Positions 37,801 through 52,800 of a stretch of DNA of 64,000 bases are shown here, one piece after another (the first letter of the stretch is position 1; every line of letters starts with the position of its first letter). The notes below the pieces were generated by a model. It did not search any database. It worked only from the letters and a program-made list of their open reading frames with translations, and was not told where the DNA came from. The stretch comes from Botryllus schlosseri (Eukaryota), in contig CM119372.1 in NCBI GenBank assembly GCA_051294905.1, forward strand, positions 14,324,001-14,388,000, written 5' to 3'. The position numbers and the translations under genes were made by a program.

Positions 37801-40800
37801 TGTGATGCTATCTTCAGCCCCCGGTAAAAATATGCAAGTGCTTGTATTTAGTTATTGGCAGTTCTCTCTGCACTTGTCCAATAAGCATATGCGACAGACT
37901 TCCAATACGAGTCTTCTACATCAGAATTACCATCCAGAGAGGAGATAGATCCAGGTACACGTGGTGTAAATACTAAAAAAAGGAGCACCAGTAAATAGCG
38001 ATTGGCACCATGCAAATATCGATCAGAGGGTACCAGCGCGAATGTACGAATATTACCAAATCAAAATTTAACGCAAGTGTTTGCTCTCCGTGTAGGGGTG
38101 GGGGCGGGGGGGTTTAGAGAATAGTTGATTGCTTCTTTTAAAATATTGCCACTCCGAATCCAGGGACCCTCGAGCCGACCAAAGCTTGCCGGATCGTCAC
38201 GTTCCGACCGAAGCACCACGGCGTGGATTCGAGCATTCGGAAAGGCCGGGCCAGGAAAGGCATACTCACCCGCAAGGTCCGAGACATCCTTATCGCGATT
38301 TCGAGACGAGCAGCGGGTACGCGTCGGAATCTACGCACAACACCGAGAGCTCGTACGGCGAAACGCAGCGGCAATACGATCAGCGGAGTCCGCATTTTCC
38401 GCCCGAAGCGCACAGGGACGATCGACTTCATCCCACAAACGAGGGGTACGCGAGGTCTCCCCCTTTGCAAAATCCTGATTATCGACGGCCCCAATTCGAT
38501 TACCCACAGCCCGCTATCATCGCGCAGGGGCATAGAGATCGTTACAGCAATCATGAACAGCGGGACAGTTACGGCCCACCTGCCCGCGGTCCACCACCGC
38601 ATGACACTAATCACCAACACGGTCCAGAGTACGACAGACAGCCAAAATATCCACAAGATCAGCAAAGATATCCTAGAAGTCCACCCGTTCGCGAGGACCC
38701 ACCCAGGTCGCATTACCCTCCGAAGCAAAGCAGGGGTGATGAATCGGGGGTGGTGGAGTCCCACGTACCAGGCGTCCGGGCTGCCAGGAGTATGTTTGAA
38801 CAGAGGTCCGATCCAAAACAGCCACCGCCAATCCCGAAACCATTGGTCGCCCCCAAACCGTTTGTCGCCCCGAAACCGAACCAGGCGAACGCACGGCCCA
38901 TTCCGCCTCGACCTGCTCCAGTTTTGACGAGTCCTAGTTGGAACGAGAGAGATAACAGAGACAGATACCCTCCGGAGCCGTACTCAGAGCCGGGAATAAG
39001 TGCCACCCAGCCGGATGCGAGACGTCAGCCGTATCAAGTCAACCAACGGCCTTCACACAGTCAGAGTATGGATAACTTGGACGATAGGTATGTACGAGTT
39101 GGCGACGAAAGTTTTTGAGTATATTTTACGCAAATTTTATTACAGGTCGAGATATTATCGGTCTCCACCCGCTCGAGTTCCTGGCCCGCACGCGCAGAGC
39201 ATGCAGAATCTAAACGAAAGGTACTAATTACTCGAAGTAAACTCAGCTAGGCGGTAGGGCTGGGCAAAATCGAGGACACGAGTGATTCGATTCTGAATCA
39301 CGTATTATGCTTCGAGTTCAGTATTTGAGTACCACTCATTATGACGTCATAACATAATGTAATAAGATGTCAAAGTGCCAATGTGTACCTTTTATGCCAC
39401 CACAAAGAATATATTGCCTGTTATCTATCACATTAAAGATACTTTATTATATTTATCGACCAAACCGATTTCATTGCACTTTGTGACAATGTTGTGGGAA
39501 GTTCATCACTTCGTAAATGTATTATTTCTAGTAAGGTTCTTAGCTTCCTACTATGTTTTGTATGCTGCAATACGGCCAATCAAGGTTTCAAGGCTACCAC
39601 AGTGGAAAATAGTATCATAAATTGAATTCTTGCGAAGAGCGTATAATTTCCGTACTCAAAAAATCGTCTACTCTACTCTAATCATTAAAATTATACTCTA
39701 TTCAGATTCGAGTACTCGAATCATTGTGCCCACCCTACTAGGTGGTTAGTGATGGAGCATTTAGGAAGTGTTCAAGTAGGTTTTCCCTACATGTACTGCT
39801 TGGTGGTCATGTTTGAAACTAATTCCACTTCTACTACAACAGTTTTTTGGGCAAAACTATTTACTCTTTACAGTTTTAGTTTTAAAAGGTAGAAGTAACA
39901 GTTTTGGGATAAGTTTCCGTCACTTTTATCAGTAATATTGTCGCGAGAACTGCTGGGAACAGCCCCATTTCATTAACAGTAATTGGTTACTGGTAAAGGT
40001 ATGCAACCCCTCGATCGAATCAACCTTTTGAAACTAGTCACTCAAGTACTTTTCATAGCCTTCATTTTCTGCGTCCACTTGAAGTATGCTGAAAACCGGT
40101 CTGATTTGAGATCTCTTTTCCGTTGGCAATTTGAAAACCTACATTTCTTGCTTTCTTTCACGTTTTCGATACTGCTATTTCTACTTATAATCGAGTAGAA
40201 AATTTGCGACGTTACAACTACTTGGTAGCAACCTTGACTACTTCGACCACCTCTGCATATGGTGATGTTCTCGCTTATAACACTGAGATTTGGTGCGTTA
40301 GACCCAGGCCGGCGCCGGACACAGGCGTGTATGCCAGAGAGCCGCAGAACCGGGGGGATCGTTCTGATGTGAACTTCGATGAGCCACGACCCGTTCGCGA
40401 GGAGTATGGCAGAAGCGATTACCCCCAAACGCGACGGGACAATTTTCAATCGCCTCCGCCTGCCATCGACGACCGGCCGCTTGTTGTTGCTGTCAAGTTC
40501 AATCAAGATTCTGGGGTTTCGTTGCACGCCGCTAAAGAGCCGCCAAGTACGTATTTTTTGGGGGCTTTGGCACGGCTACCAGTGTATTCGCCACTTGGCG
40601 GCCCATAATCTGGATCTCATAACCTACCCCTGCCCCGTCCAAACCTTATGTAATTCCTAACCCTAACCTATCCCAGGGGTCATGAACCTGTTTGAAACCA
40701 AGAGCTACTTCGTGAGTACTGATTATAGCGAAGGGCTACCAGTTACTCCCTTAGTTTACCCGTAAGTGGTTGATGTTTTTCACTGCGACATCAGAGCTCT

Positions 40801-43800
40801 GGGCAGGGTTTCCTCTCCTTACCAAGAAAAGATAACTTTTCCCACGACTTTCGCCAGTGTCTACAAGTTTAGTTCCGTTGCTCTAGGCTCCGAAGCGCCA
40901 ATCTCTGCGTCGAGGCTTGGGAGTATAAACTTGACGAGCGGCGACTCATTGATCGAAAACTGCATTCACATGTTCCTTAGGGTTGACTGACCCATGGTCA
41001 ACCGCTGTTAAGATGAAAGCCTTCTCCATTTCGACCTTCAAAGCTGTCAGTTGAATATTTCCTTACCACCACTGAGGACGACTCATCGGGTCCTTACGAG
41101 AGACCTGGTGCCCGTAGGCACCGCGTTGGTGACCCCTGCCCTGACCCTCATGTATTGATACATACCAAGTGCCGAAATAATCATATTCAGTGAAACATCA
41201 ATTTTCAAATTTATTAATACAATATCATTGCTTCGTTTTCCTAATAATAAAATAATTATTACATTTCTAAGGCCAAATTCACCAAGTGAAGTGTATCGCA
41301 ATTCACGCTCATACTGAGTGAAACGTTCATTTTAAAATTTATGAATACGATATTGACACAACACCTTCACAATAATAACAGTTGGGCTATTACATTTCTA
41401 ATCCACCAAGTGCATGTTACAATTCGTACACATATTCAGTGAAACATTCATTTTTGGACTTATTGATACAATATATATACATCGCTTCCATGTTCGATGC
41501 CAATGCCAAATTCACCTTGAGTGTCGAAATCACCCAGAATTCACTGGTTCTAGGGTCGTGTTATGCTCAGTTTGACTTGTTATGCAGGGCGACGCGTATC
41601 GTGGAGCGATTCGAATAGGCAACAGCCGCAGAGAGACGACTCTTATCGTGACGGAAATGTTGGGCAAAGCGGGCCGGCAGAGCCTCCTGCGGCATACAGC
41701 AGGCGATCTTACACGGATGATAGAAATTGGTTAGTGTTTTCAGGCGTTGTGCGGATGGTTTGAATTCAGTGACTCGTAATTTTTGGCGTGACAAACCCTA
41801 CTTTTGGTTTTGCTTCTCTTTGAACTGATGAATTTTAATGCAACGGCTTCCAACCTTTTTGTAGCTACCATATTTCCAATTTAAGGATGTTCCACAACGC
41901 GCCTTTAGATTTGGTAAGTTGATTTAAAAAAAGTCTTCGCTCTTTGCTCAGTCTTACTCTCGGCGTGTTTGGGAAGCTGATTACTAAAAATAAAAATCAG
42001 CACCTTTGCGATCCCTAGGTTGATAAAAACGCAAATCGCACATTTCAATTGCGGCTTTGCGATCCAGAAATTTTCATCGCTAGAGTCAGTAACGCAGCAC
42101 GCTCGCTTTTAGCCTTTCGACCTTCTTTGCGAGTTCTCAAGATTTTCGTGTCTATTCGTTATCCGCAAATTATATTACAATATCCGTTAGTTTTTTATGT
42201 ATTTGCACCGAAAGATGAAGTACGGTGTTCGAAGTGAACCATTAGATTGTATGACTTGAAATAGTCTCATGTGGCATCTGGAACTGTCTGCTAGAGCTAT
42301 TCCTATTTTTTTTCAAAAACCCATCGTCAACACAGGAACAACGGACCACCTAATGCGCAGCAGAGCCACCCGCCTAGCTCGCGACAGCCCGATAATACGA
42401 GAGAAGACGAAAATTATGTTCCTGACATTGTGTCTCGGAGCTACGAACTCGCGAATCAGGCGCAGTCATCGCAAGGGCCCGATCGTTATTACCAACCGCA
42501 AGACGAAAGGAACATGGAAAATACAGACAGGGGAGCCCGGCCCCAAAGTGTCTCGCGGCTTACAAACCAGTCGACCGACCGCTGGCCTACGCCTCCACCT
42601 CCCATTTCACAAGAGCAAGCACGCCAGATAGTTAGAGACGCAGAGACGCATCATCACAATCAACAAGCAGGTTCCGAAGATTGGCGCTATACCGACACCA
42701 ACGCCACCCAACCGTACAGTGTTCCCAATCGTCAGAGCCAGCATCACGCAAACCAACCGCGGCCCCAGCCTTTGGTCCAAATACCTTCGTCCGCGCCACA
42801 GCCGAATTACGACTCCGAGAGTTCAGAAATTGACGTCGACGCTCCTACTCCGCCTCCCTCGAAAAACCGCAAGCCCGCGACTCTGTTTGATCCGCCCCGG
42901 GGCGATTCTCCATACGAGAGAAACAAGCCGGTCCCGGTGGTGTCCAGGGACCCGGCCGAGTCGTGGAGAATTGTCGGGGAGCAGCCGGTCATTAATGGCG
43001 ACCAACCGAGGCACGTCAGTCGTCCACAGCCGCATAATGCTCAGGTGTGTTACATTATTTTTTTCTCATACAATTCTAAATTTCACCCCGGAGTTATTAT
43101 ATTTCGTGATATGATTGTTGATATACTATGTTCTTTCCAATTCTCTACTCGTTGCTGATGATTACCTTTGGCCAGTGTCAGCCGGAAAGATTCGGGTTTA
43201 TTTCAATATGAATATACTTTTCAATTGTTTAGTGTATATTTGAATAATGTATTCATATTGAAATAATCCCAAATATTTTCGGGTGACACTGGTTGGGGTA
43301 ATCTTTGGCAACTAATATAGAATCGGAAAGAGCATTGTATATCAAAAATCGTAACACTAAATATGAGGTGTCCTTTCCAATTCTCCACTAGTTGCTGACG
43401 ATTGCGCCTGACGAGGGTCAGCCGGAAATATTCGGGTTATTTTCAAATTTCATGTATTAATCTATTGTATGTTGAAGTTCTGTACCTTCAAGAAGCTCTT
43501 CAAATATATATATTTGTTATCAATCCTCCAGATATTATCAGATCACCGACCTCACTGGAGGTTTTCAAGCGTAATATCGAGACTGTTCTCTTTATTCATG
43601 CATTCCAACCAGGACTGCGGTGTCGGTTCACTTTACTTACCACCAATTCCAGCTCAGGTTCACAGCATTTTCTTCTCAGAACGCGTACTCCGCGTATGTG
43701 AAAAACTCAAAACTTTAACGACACGTTTCAGCACCCTAGCATTCGCGAACGTTTGGTTCGATTTTTGAAACAGTTTTAGTCCGAGCCGGAAACTTTTTAA

Positions 43801-46800
43801 CAAACTCCAACTATTACGTGTTTCTTCAACTCTTGATTCCAATGAGTGATACAAAGTCTCTGTGACTCCAACTCCAGGGAAAAATTTTTACCGATCTTCG
43901 ACCCCACAAGTTTCCTGATTCTAACTGCAGCCTTGTTCATTCTTTCATCGCCACTATGCTCGTACATTTCGTTACGGTTACTAGCCCTTGTGTACAACGG
44001 CCTAGTGTAGAGCTGATACGTTGCTATATTTGGCGCTCTTTGAGTCAGTACATTGTTCTTATTACTGTTATTATCACCACGCACAGTACCTTCCCGATCA
44101 CGAACCGAGCATGTCGAAAAACCCTCCACAAAAGCCGCACAGGAACTCTACTAGTCTTTCGCCGAGGGTAATTCCTTTGCGTTGTGCCCATACCCGTTTT
44201 TTTTATCTTCACACATATTAATATTTCCTAGCTCGCTCAAGCGACTGTTTCGGACGAGTTTGATGTGCACGCTCCGCAGAGGTTGCGCAATGAGTCGTCA
44301 CGAGAAAAAGTGCGACTCGGCAAATCCGGGGCTCTCGCGAACCGGAAGCCTCCCAGCAGGCACGGAAGCGCCACTAATCTGCTGGATAGTAAGTTGTTTT
44401 GGCTCGGTCGGCGATGTTATATTTCGGGGTTTGGCGTGCTTGTTTTGATTGCGAATCTGTGATGTAGTTGGGAATTTAATTTATTATGCAATTGTATAAT
44501 ATATTTATGTTGAAAAAAATTTGAATATATTCGAATTCGCCTATGTCCATTAGGGGTAATCGTTATCAACTAGTTGAGATTTGGACAGAACTTTTTATAT
44601 CAATGGTCTCTCTTCGAAATCTCTGCCAGCTGCTCACCAATACTCCTGACGAATGGGTGCCGTAAGTATTCTGTGTATTTCAGTATCAATATATTATTCA
44701 ACAGTGCTCTATCTTCAAGAGTCTCTTCATTTTAATTTGATGAGATATTTGCTCCCGTCTGTTTGTTACGCCGCTTTGCGTCTTGTGTGTCACATTGTAC
44801 ACAATATTGCGATTGTTATTGTTTCTCTTGTCTTTCGACATCAGGGGCATTCTTCAGTATTGTTGTTTTTTATCATTTGTGTACATTCGGTTCCAGATTC
44901 AACATCTCATATTAAGATCGTAGTCGTTCCGATAATGTGACATGATTATACTGACAATGTTTATTAATCTTTGATGCTAATCTTTATTTAATCGGCTACA
45001 TTCTACATTAATCCTTTAGGCAAATGTGCTTCACTGTTTGTCATCTTGCAGGCCACACCGGCCGGTACAATCTCGTCAGTGTGCAAATATTTGCTGCGTT
45101 TTCATAAACCGAACCATGTCGTACGATACTATTGCGCAAACGGGAGTTGATTACATCATGTCGAATTTCATGAACTTTGTAGGAGACGATAGTAATTGTC
45201 TGCCAAATTACTGTCGGATTTTTTGACCTTTGACTTTGATTGGATCATTTCACTCAATTTTACGGTCGATTGCTGGATTGCGTGTTCTTGATTGCTGAAT
45301 GGCCGTAAGCTGACTGCAATTTCACGAATTGATCTTACGCTTTTTGCTAACGATACGCGATGTCACATTCTCGCTCTGCACTTCTATCACATTCGTTTTC
45401 TGAGTCAATGCTAATTTTCAGTCGGGAATGACGACAATTATCAAATCGAAGTGACCGACAGCGATCTCTCGTCGACGAACAACAAAATGGAAGTGCATCG
45501 CATGGAGTCGATGAGAATGCTGGAACCGGGGAAGGTGGGTTTTCCGCGATTACGACAATGTCATCCCGGCTCCCTTGCGTCTCTCTTCCAGACGAGTCAG
45601 TGACAGATGATCACGAGACCGATATACTTGATGCAATAAAAATATGTCCATGACTTATTTTGTATGCGATTGGCTATGGCGGGATTCCGAGTTTGAATTG
45701 ATTCGTATCATGGCGTAGTATATGTAATTTATAACTTCATTCCGGTATTTTGGCCTTCGAAATGGTTGCCAGTAAACCATGCCTGGGATCTCAAAAAAAT
45801 GTGTTTGATCAACGTCTGTGCAAGTGCATAGGGAGAGGTTTTCTAAATCCAGAGGCGATTAGTAATGAAGTGCTTGCAACTTTTCCGTGGTACATGAGTA
45901 GGTTTTGTCTACATGCACCAACCACATGCACAATTAGTTGTGATATTGGGCTACTTCATAGTTTTCGGTTTTTTAGGCACGGAACCTAGAATACGTACTT
46001 TTTTACCTACATTGAAATCGCCAGTTCTGCTATTCGAGTGGAAACTTACGACCTTAGTCATGTTTAGACAACCTCGAAATTGTTGGGGATAGTGTTGTGC
46101 CATTGATTGCTTGTGCTTGCCCTTTACCCGGGTGCTGGTTGATTGGTGCATACTTTTTGCGGCAATTAACCCTAAAATACTGCTGAAACCTCGTTCTTTA
46201 TAGTTGCATCGAGAAATGATGCCAATTCTTTTGCCGAATTTGATAATGCAACGAAACGTCTGCAGACCAGACAAGATCGCGCAATTATAATATTGCTAAG
46301 CTCGCACGTCGCATGTTCCTACTGTTTAATCATAGGGAAGGACCACTAAGCACGAGGCAACGCCAATCGCGTCGGAAAAGACACGAAAACCCCCACAGAA
46401 GACGAAACCAGCGGGTGAGTTTATAATTGTGAAATATTCTAGCTTTACCATTGTTTCTTTGAGCGTTTTGTTCCGTGTCTAATGTACCACGTAAATTCAA
46501 TGCCTTAAGTTGCACACTAGTTTTATACTTCTGGCACACTGGGCTGGTAAGAGTTTATCTGAACCTTGATTGGAGCCAGTAATGTGTTGTGCTGTGAATT
46601 CTAAAATCTAGGGATTGCTTATTTATTTGGTACTAACGACTGCAACGTACAACTAGAAATGACTAAAGATTATTATCTTGCATTACTTTTGTAATCTGTG
46701 CCAGTATTTCTTACCAATATGAGAATATGCCACTATCTGCAACATTGATCGGCCTGTTCACTAAATATATCGACCTTTCTCAAACTCCGGGCTAGATTAA

Positions 46801-49800
46801 TTGAAATCGATATATGTAGCTTATAGTGTTATGAAAATCTCGACCGAACACTATCATAGGGTAACAGTATGTGTGTTGTTTCATCTATGAAATTTAGAGG
46901 CTTGTACGTCTTTAAAGGCTTGAAAAATCAACGCACATATCCTTGTTCTCGCGAAGTCTGACTGCTGGTGCACATAGGCTTAAGTACATGAACCAGAGAT
47001 AGATTTAATGAATTGTGAAAATTTGAGATATGTTATACACCTTCATTCAGCATCTGATGCCACTCAAAATACAATTGCGATTTTCAAATTTGAGAGCGTT
47101 TATGTGCTGTGAAGAAACCAGGCACATATCTGACACTGCCGATAGAGTTGATGCGTTCAGCAAAGCACAGGCGCTGTCAACTTTAACTGTCTTTGAATAG
47201 GCCTCTCACGTTTGTAGTATGTATACCAGGACCGGCGATACAACTTTTTGTTGTCTTCGATTCACACATTCAAAACTGTCTTGCTGCTTATAACGTGTGT
47301 ACAGAAACAAAACCGGAGGCCAAGAAACCCGAATCCAAGCTTGTATTCAAGAAACCGAGAGAGGAGGTGGCCAAGACAACTCCAATGCCCACCATTACGG
47401 AGCCATCTGACCCACCTGCCAGGCGGCCTCCAACTTATCTAGGTTTGTGGTTTGTGTTGACATAGATTTCGTAACGTAAACGTAGAGTGTAGTTTGTGGG
47501 ACATATTGGACCGGTTTTATTGTTTGAAGTCAAATATAATTGTGATGTGACCCGGTGGGGTCGTAATGGCTATAAGCAGCTTTACATTGCATGTGTTCAA
47601 GGATAGTTCTGAAAACAATACTTGAACAAACTGCATTATAAAAGTGGAAATGAATAACTCTGTGTACTGTTTTTTAAATAACCGATTTTTACCAGCTTCT
47701 GTCATCGGACTGAATTCTGAAATACCATTCACATATTTCTATAGAGCTTAACTATCCAGCACTAACTTGTCAATCACCTCCATTTCTGTCTGCTTGTTCT
47801 TGTAACCTGCCTATTCTGAAGCGCTTACGCTGTCTCCTTGTTTTCTAGGTTTCGGTCACACAGTTGAAAAACCCAAACCAGGTGTGTTGTGTTCTTACGA
47901 TTCTTTTTGTTCATGGCCCGGCGAATATTTGGTTTTGTTACTGACACGGGCTAACTGTGATTGTGTATTTGTTAGACTACCAGAGTGTGTAGGTTTATTT
48001 GTGAATACTGTTACGTACTTGATCTCACCTCAAGTTTAGTTTGATGATACTTTGAAATAATCGTCTATAGTTGTCATCATCTAACAACTGCTCTTCCTAG
48101 ATGAAATTGTGCATGCTATACTAATACCCGTGTGACCATTGAAATTATATTACAACCGTAGTCTTTTGATAACCTCGCGTGTTATGCTGAGTGAACCCAG
48201 GCTGTAAATTGAGAGTCGCTTTGATTGTTGTTGTTGGAAGTTCGTAAGAGTTATCATGTTTTGAATGTGCTTGTTTGTGAGCGTCGTGAAATTCTACAGG
48301 GTTTTTCCGCAACGTTGCGATGTGTCTGCGCAATTGCTTTTTGTCACCAAGGTTGTTTTTGCTTTGACGAATTGCCTACATCCTATTACGGTCGCATTAG
48401 TGAATGCGTTTATCTTTCAGATATACTCAGCCAGTTTAAAAGTGCGAAAACTTCTGCGATGCGCACCGCCGCGGAAAAGCAAGACAAGGCTTTGAAATCG
48501 GTGACTGCCCTGGTCAAGTTCAACCAGGGCAAAGGCAAGAAGGAGGTACTATTTTCACTTTAGCAGGCCCGTAGATAGTTGTCATATCTCTCGCACGCGT
48601 TATTGCAGGAGAAAAAGCATCCACAGCCAAAGACAACACCTGCAGAGCGGAATGCTCGGGTTTTGGACAAAATGAACCTTGAAGTCTCGGTGCCTCGGGA
48701 TGAACACCCCACTGATAAAGACCGGTACGATATTGTTGTCTCAAAATTCACTATTTAAAGAGCTTCTTGGAGGTACAGAACTTCATTATACTATTGATTA
48801 GTATATTCATATTGAAATGAACCCGATTATTTTTGGCTGACACTCGTCAGGGGTAATCGTCAGCAACTAGTAGAGAACTGTAAAGAACATTGCATATCAA
48901 CAATCGTATCTCAAAATATGACGTTACCAGCATGAAATGAGATCTCAAGTAAGAGAGCGTTCAATGTAATATTTTAAGATGGTACATGAACTCCTTCTGT
49001 TGACAAAACTTGGGCTGATGTATTTTGATAAAGGTCGACTCCAAGGCACGCAGACGCACTATAACGCAGAGCGAAGGTTTTGTGTGATGGGTATTCTGTT
49101 CTTGTTCTGATCTGAGTCTGGAAGCCCTGAAAAATAGGGATTAATCTTGAAAATAAGGACGGCATGGCGACATTGGTTATAGCGATTGATGCAATGCGTT
49201 TTCTTAGAAATCCTTATCACCGGAATGGAAACGATCGCGGAAACCCAGGCAGGAATTCCACTCGTTCCAGCTCCACCGCTAAGCACGACAAATACGAAGG
49301 CGACGATGACAATAGCTCGAGGTACGCTCCGTTGTTTCATGAAGGAGAATTTCCACGAAACGCGTCGACTGTGGCATGCTTTGGTTTCATTCTTCAGACA
49401 CGCAGACGTGCACAAGTGGTCACCGTTGGTACTCAAGTAGCAGGAACACCGTTAATTTATACCGAGTACAAGTAGTCGTAGTAATTTTAAAGTAAGTCAA
49501 AGAGTAAGCACTCTATGCGTAATTTTGCCTAAAATGTATACTGTCAAGTAGAAGTAAAGTATTCTATAATCAGTGTAAGTAGACAAAACCTACTTTGGGT
49601 ACTTTGTCGTAAGTCGACAAGATAGTGTACCGGCTTGATCGGTAGTTCGTGTGTTCAATCCCCAGCCGGGTCAGACCAAAGACCTGATTAGAATCACCGG
49701 TATCCATGACTTTTCGGCTTGGTGCTCAGCTTTACCGGATAAGTATGGAGGGGTGGTGCAAGACTTAAAAAGCCTTGCAAAGATATATCTGCACCTTCGT

Positions 49801-52800
49801 TGTCCAGCGGCATATGCACATCAACTGCTCGTGGTATGCATATGCACAGATCGTGTGTGCTTGTGTATGTATGTCATGAGTTGGTGTATATGTCACAAAA
49901 AACATCCACGGACAAAAATAAACGTCCTATTCCTAGTAGGGCTGGGCAGAATGATTCGAGTTGAGTATGATTTTTTTCTGTACTGAAATTATATTTTCCA
50001 CTAAAAATTACTTAATCACCCAAAATAATAGTCCAGATACTATTTTCCCATCTTGGAAGCTTTGGAACTTCGATTGGTCCTATCACAAGTATACAAAACA
50101 TTTACTGCCGAGCCACGCACGTTTCAAGGAAAGTCACACGAAAATTTTGGCAGGAGCGAACGGGACCGGCACGGCCGCGGGCGGGACCGTCACCGTGACG
50201 ACGACAGCGCCAAGCACCGGGGCAGGTCTACTTCGAGGGGCAGAAATCTGAGCCCCGACCGGCGTCGGGGCCGCTCGTCATCCCGGGGCCGAGACATTAG
50301 CCCCGACAGGAGAAGGGGTCGGTCTACGTCACGCGGGCGGGACTTGAGTCCGCAGCGTCGCACGTCAAAGTCGAGGAACAGATCTCCGAGTCCGGACGAC
50401 AGATATCGGCCTCGTTCGAATTACGACGAGAGAAGATACGACGACAGGTGTGGTGATTGTTGTTTTTAGAACGGCATTCGAATGAACTTTCCTTGAAAAA
50501 ATCGGCATGGTTGTGCGGACGTTTTGTGATTCTGTCTGCGTCACGTAGAACAGGGGTCGGCAACCTCTTTGGCTCTGTGGCCCAGCTTCAAAATACAAAT
50601 GCTTCACATTGAAAATTTATTGCAGCTGGGCATTGGTGTTCATTTTTGTAGTCGTTAGTCTAGAAATTTTGCTATTACTGAGGGTAAACAGCTGTCCCTA
50701 GTTTTTGGGCCATGTCGTTGGCAACCATGACTATGAGACCGTTATTAAAAGCGAGCCTTCCTCTTGTTTTGCCGCGAGTAGACGCTGCTGATCTTGATGA
50801 CACTCGCAATATAGTTTTCATGTGAAATTAGCTTCGTGATTTGGTATGTCACAACTGGTTTTAGTGCTTTTATGGCAAGGTCGGGTTCCATCCGAAGCAT
50901 TGGTAAAATAACATCCATACTGCCATCATCGGACTACCATGGATTCTAAAACAAGGGTGTTCGGACATATAAAACACCCCTCTGCCTTCGCTACTCCCAC
51001 CAAGACACGTGTTTTAATTACAGGGATTAGTTTAAACTAGAAAAAAATGAGCGTTGAGCTCGACCTGTTTAACTTGAAACCTCAAGTTAACTTGCAATTA
51101 GGCACAAGACCTTTTCACGAACCAGAGGTGGCCGATCGCTGCAGTAGAGAATCTGTCGCATCTGATTTGCTGGACACAGGCACGTAGTGTGTTAATAGTG
51201 GTAATCGACTAACAATTGATTATAATACACCAATGAGTATGCAATATATTGGTAATAGACTGCAGATACATGAACCCATAATTTTCAAGCTTTCGAGTTC
51301 ATGTATCTTTTCCGTTGTGCACATATTTTGTAAAGGCATATGTCACTTCGAATTCTCCGGTAGTGCACTGACGCTAACAATCCCGGTTCGAAGATATTTC
51401 TTCAGCATTTTAGACGCAATCACATATTTCGTGATTGCGTATTTCACTTCAAAATCTCCTGGAATGTCTGAAATTTTCGCTTAGAAAATGTTTCCTGGCC
51501 TTTTCTACGTAATCGAATATTGCCACTGTTTTTCCTCGCGTTTCTGTGGTTCTGGAGACGTGTCCGTTTTGTCTGCAAGGCGCCGCAGAGACGACGAGCC
51601 CCCATACAGGAGGTCGCACAGCCCAAACCGGTCCAGACAAGACGATTGGCGTCACGAGAGGGATCCGCACCACCATCCGCATTACGGGCGAGACAGGGGC
51701 GCCAGGGAGCCAGACTGGGTGGAGCAATTTCGACGCGGCAGGGACACGGGCCGCTCGAGCGGCGGCCAAGTGCGGCGAGCCTGGGTGAACGACCCCAGAA
51801 GGGTGGAGGTCGGGGTTGATGGGAGGCGGAGGTAATTGACAGAGCGTTTGCAAATATGATTTTTCTCTTACCACTTCTGAACGCGTGCCTGGGGCTGGGC
51901 GTGGGGGTCGAATACTCAAATCGGAGTAGGGCATCGGTTTTAAACCATTTTTTATCGCCGACCCTTCAAATTTTTTTACAATTGAATAGTATATTCATAT
52001 TGAAATAGACCCAACACTCGTCAGCAACTGGTAGAGGTTCGAATATGTTTCCAAGCATTTCAACGTAATCACGTTATTTTCAATTGCATATTCCATTAAA
52101 AAGTAGCACATTTCCAACAAACAATATTGAAGTTCTGTACTTCTAAAATGCTATTTACATTTCTGGTTTTAAAAATATTCATCAGCATTTTAACATTGGT
52201 ACGACTGCAGATATACAAAGTTGTTCTTTTCAAATTCTCTGCAAGTTGCTGACGAGCGTCACTCGGAAATATTGGGCTATATTTCAATATGAATATATTA
52301 AGACGATATATAGACACGTGTCAAAAGTAAGGTCGTAGGTCGATGTAGTTAGTTTTATGGTCGTGGTTTCCGCAGTGACCCTTCAGTAATCCCTTGAAAT
52401 TGGTCTGGTGACCATCAAATGTCTCAGGTTAAGAACCCTTGGAGTAGGGTATTGATATGAGTAAATCTACAATTGCAATTCCTTCAAGTATCGGTTGCTT
52501 TCTGCCAATGTGATTATCGTTTTCCGTATGTTACTTGCAGCATCGAAACGAGAACGTAATAATTCGATTTTGCGATTAACTCCACATCCCCCGGCCTCAA
52601 CCACGGCACTCGAACACCTTGCCTGCTCTGGTGGTTTACTTGCATGCGCACATAGAGAGACTTTTGTGCATGACCCTTCCGTGCATGCGTTTTGGTAGCC
52701 GACATAATCACGTGTTAGTTGAAATCATGTAACACGGTCCACACCATAGGGTACTTGACATGGACGCTTTCGAAAGGCAAGTGAAGGAGGCCACGGCGTA

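Noticed and set aside
37862..37953. Possible extra exon of the large gene
   Set aside because: Acceptor and phase are ambiguous, and the flanking exons join in frame without it.
38138..38927. Long overlapping ORFs (208 aa minus, 234 aa plus)
   Set aside because: Shadow frames of a GC-rich exon. Only the 38129 frame fits the splice phases.
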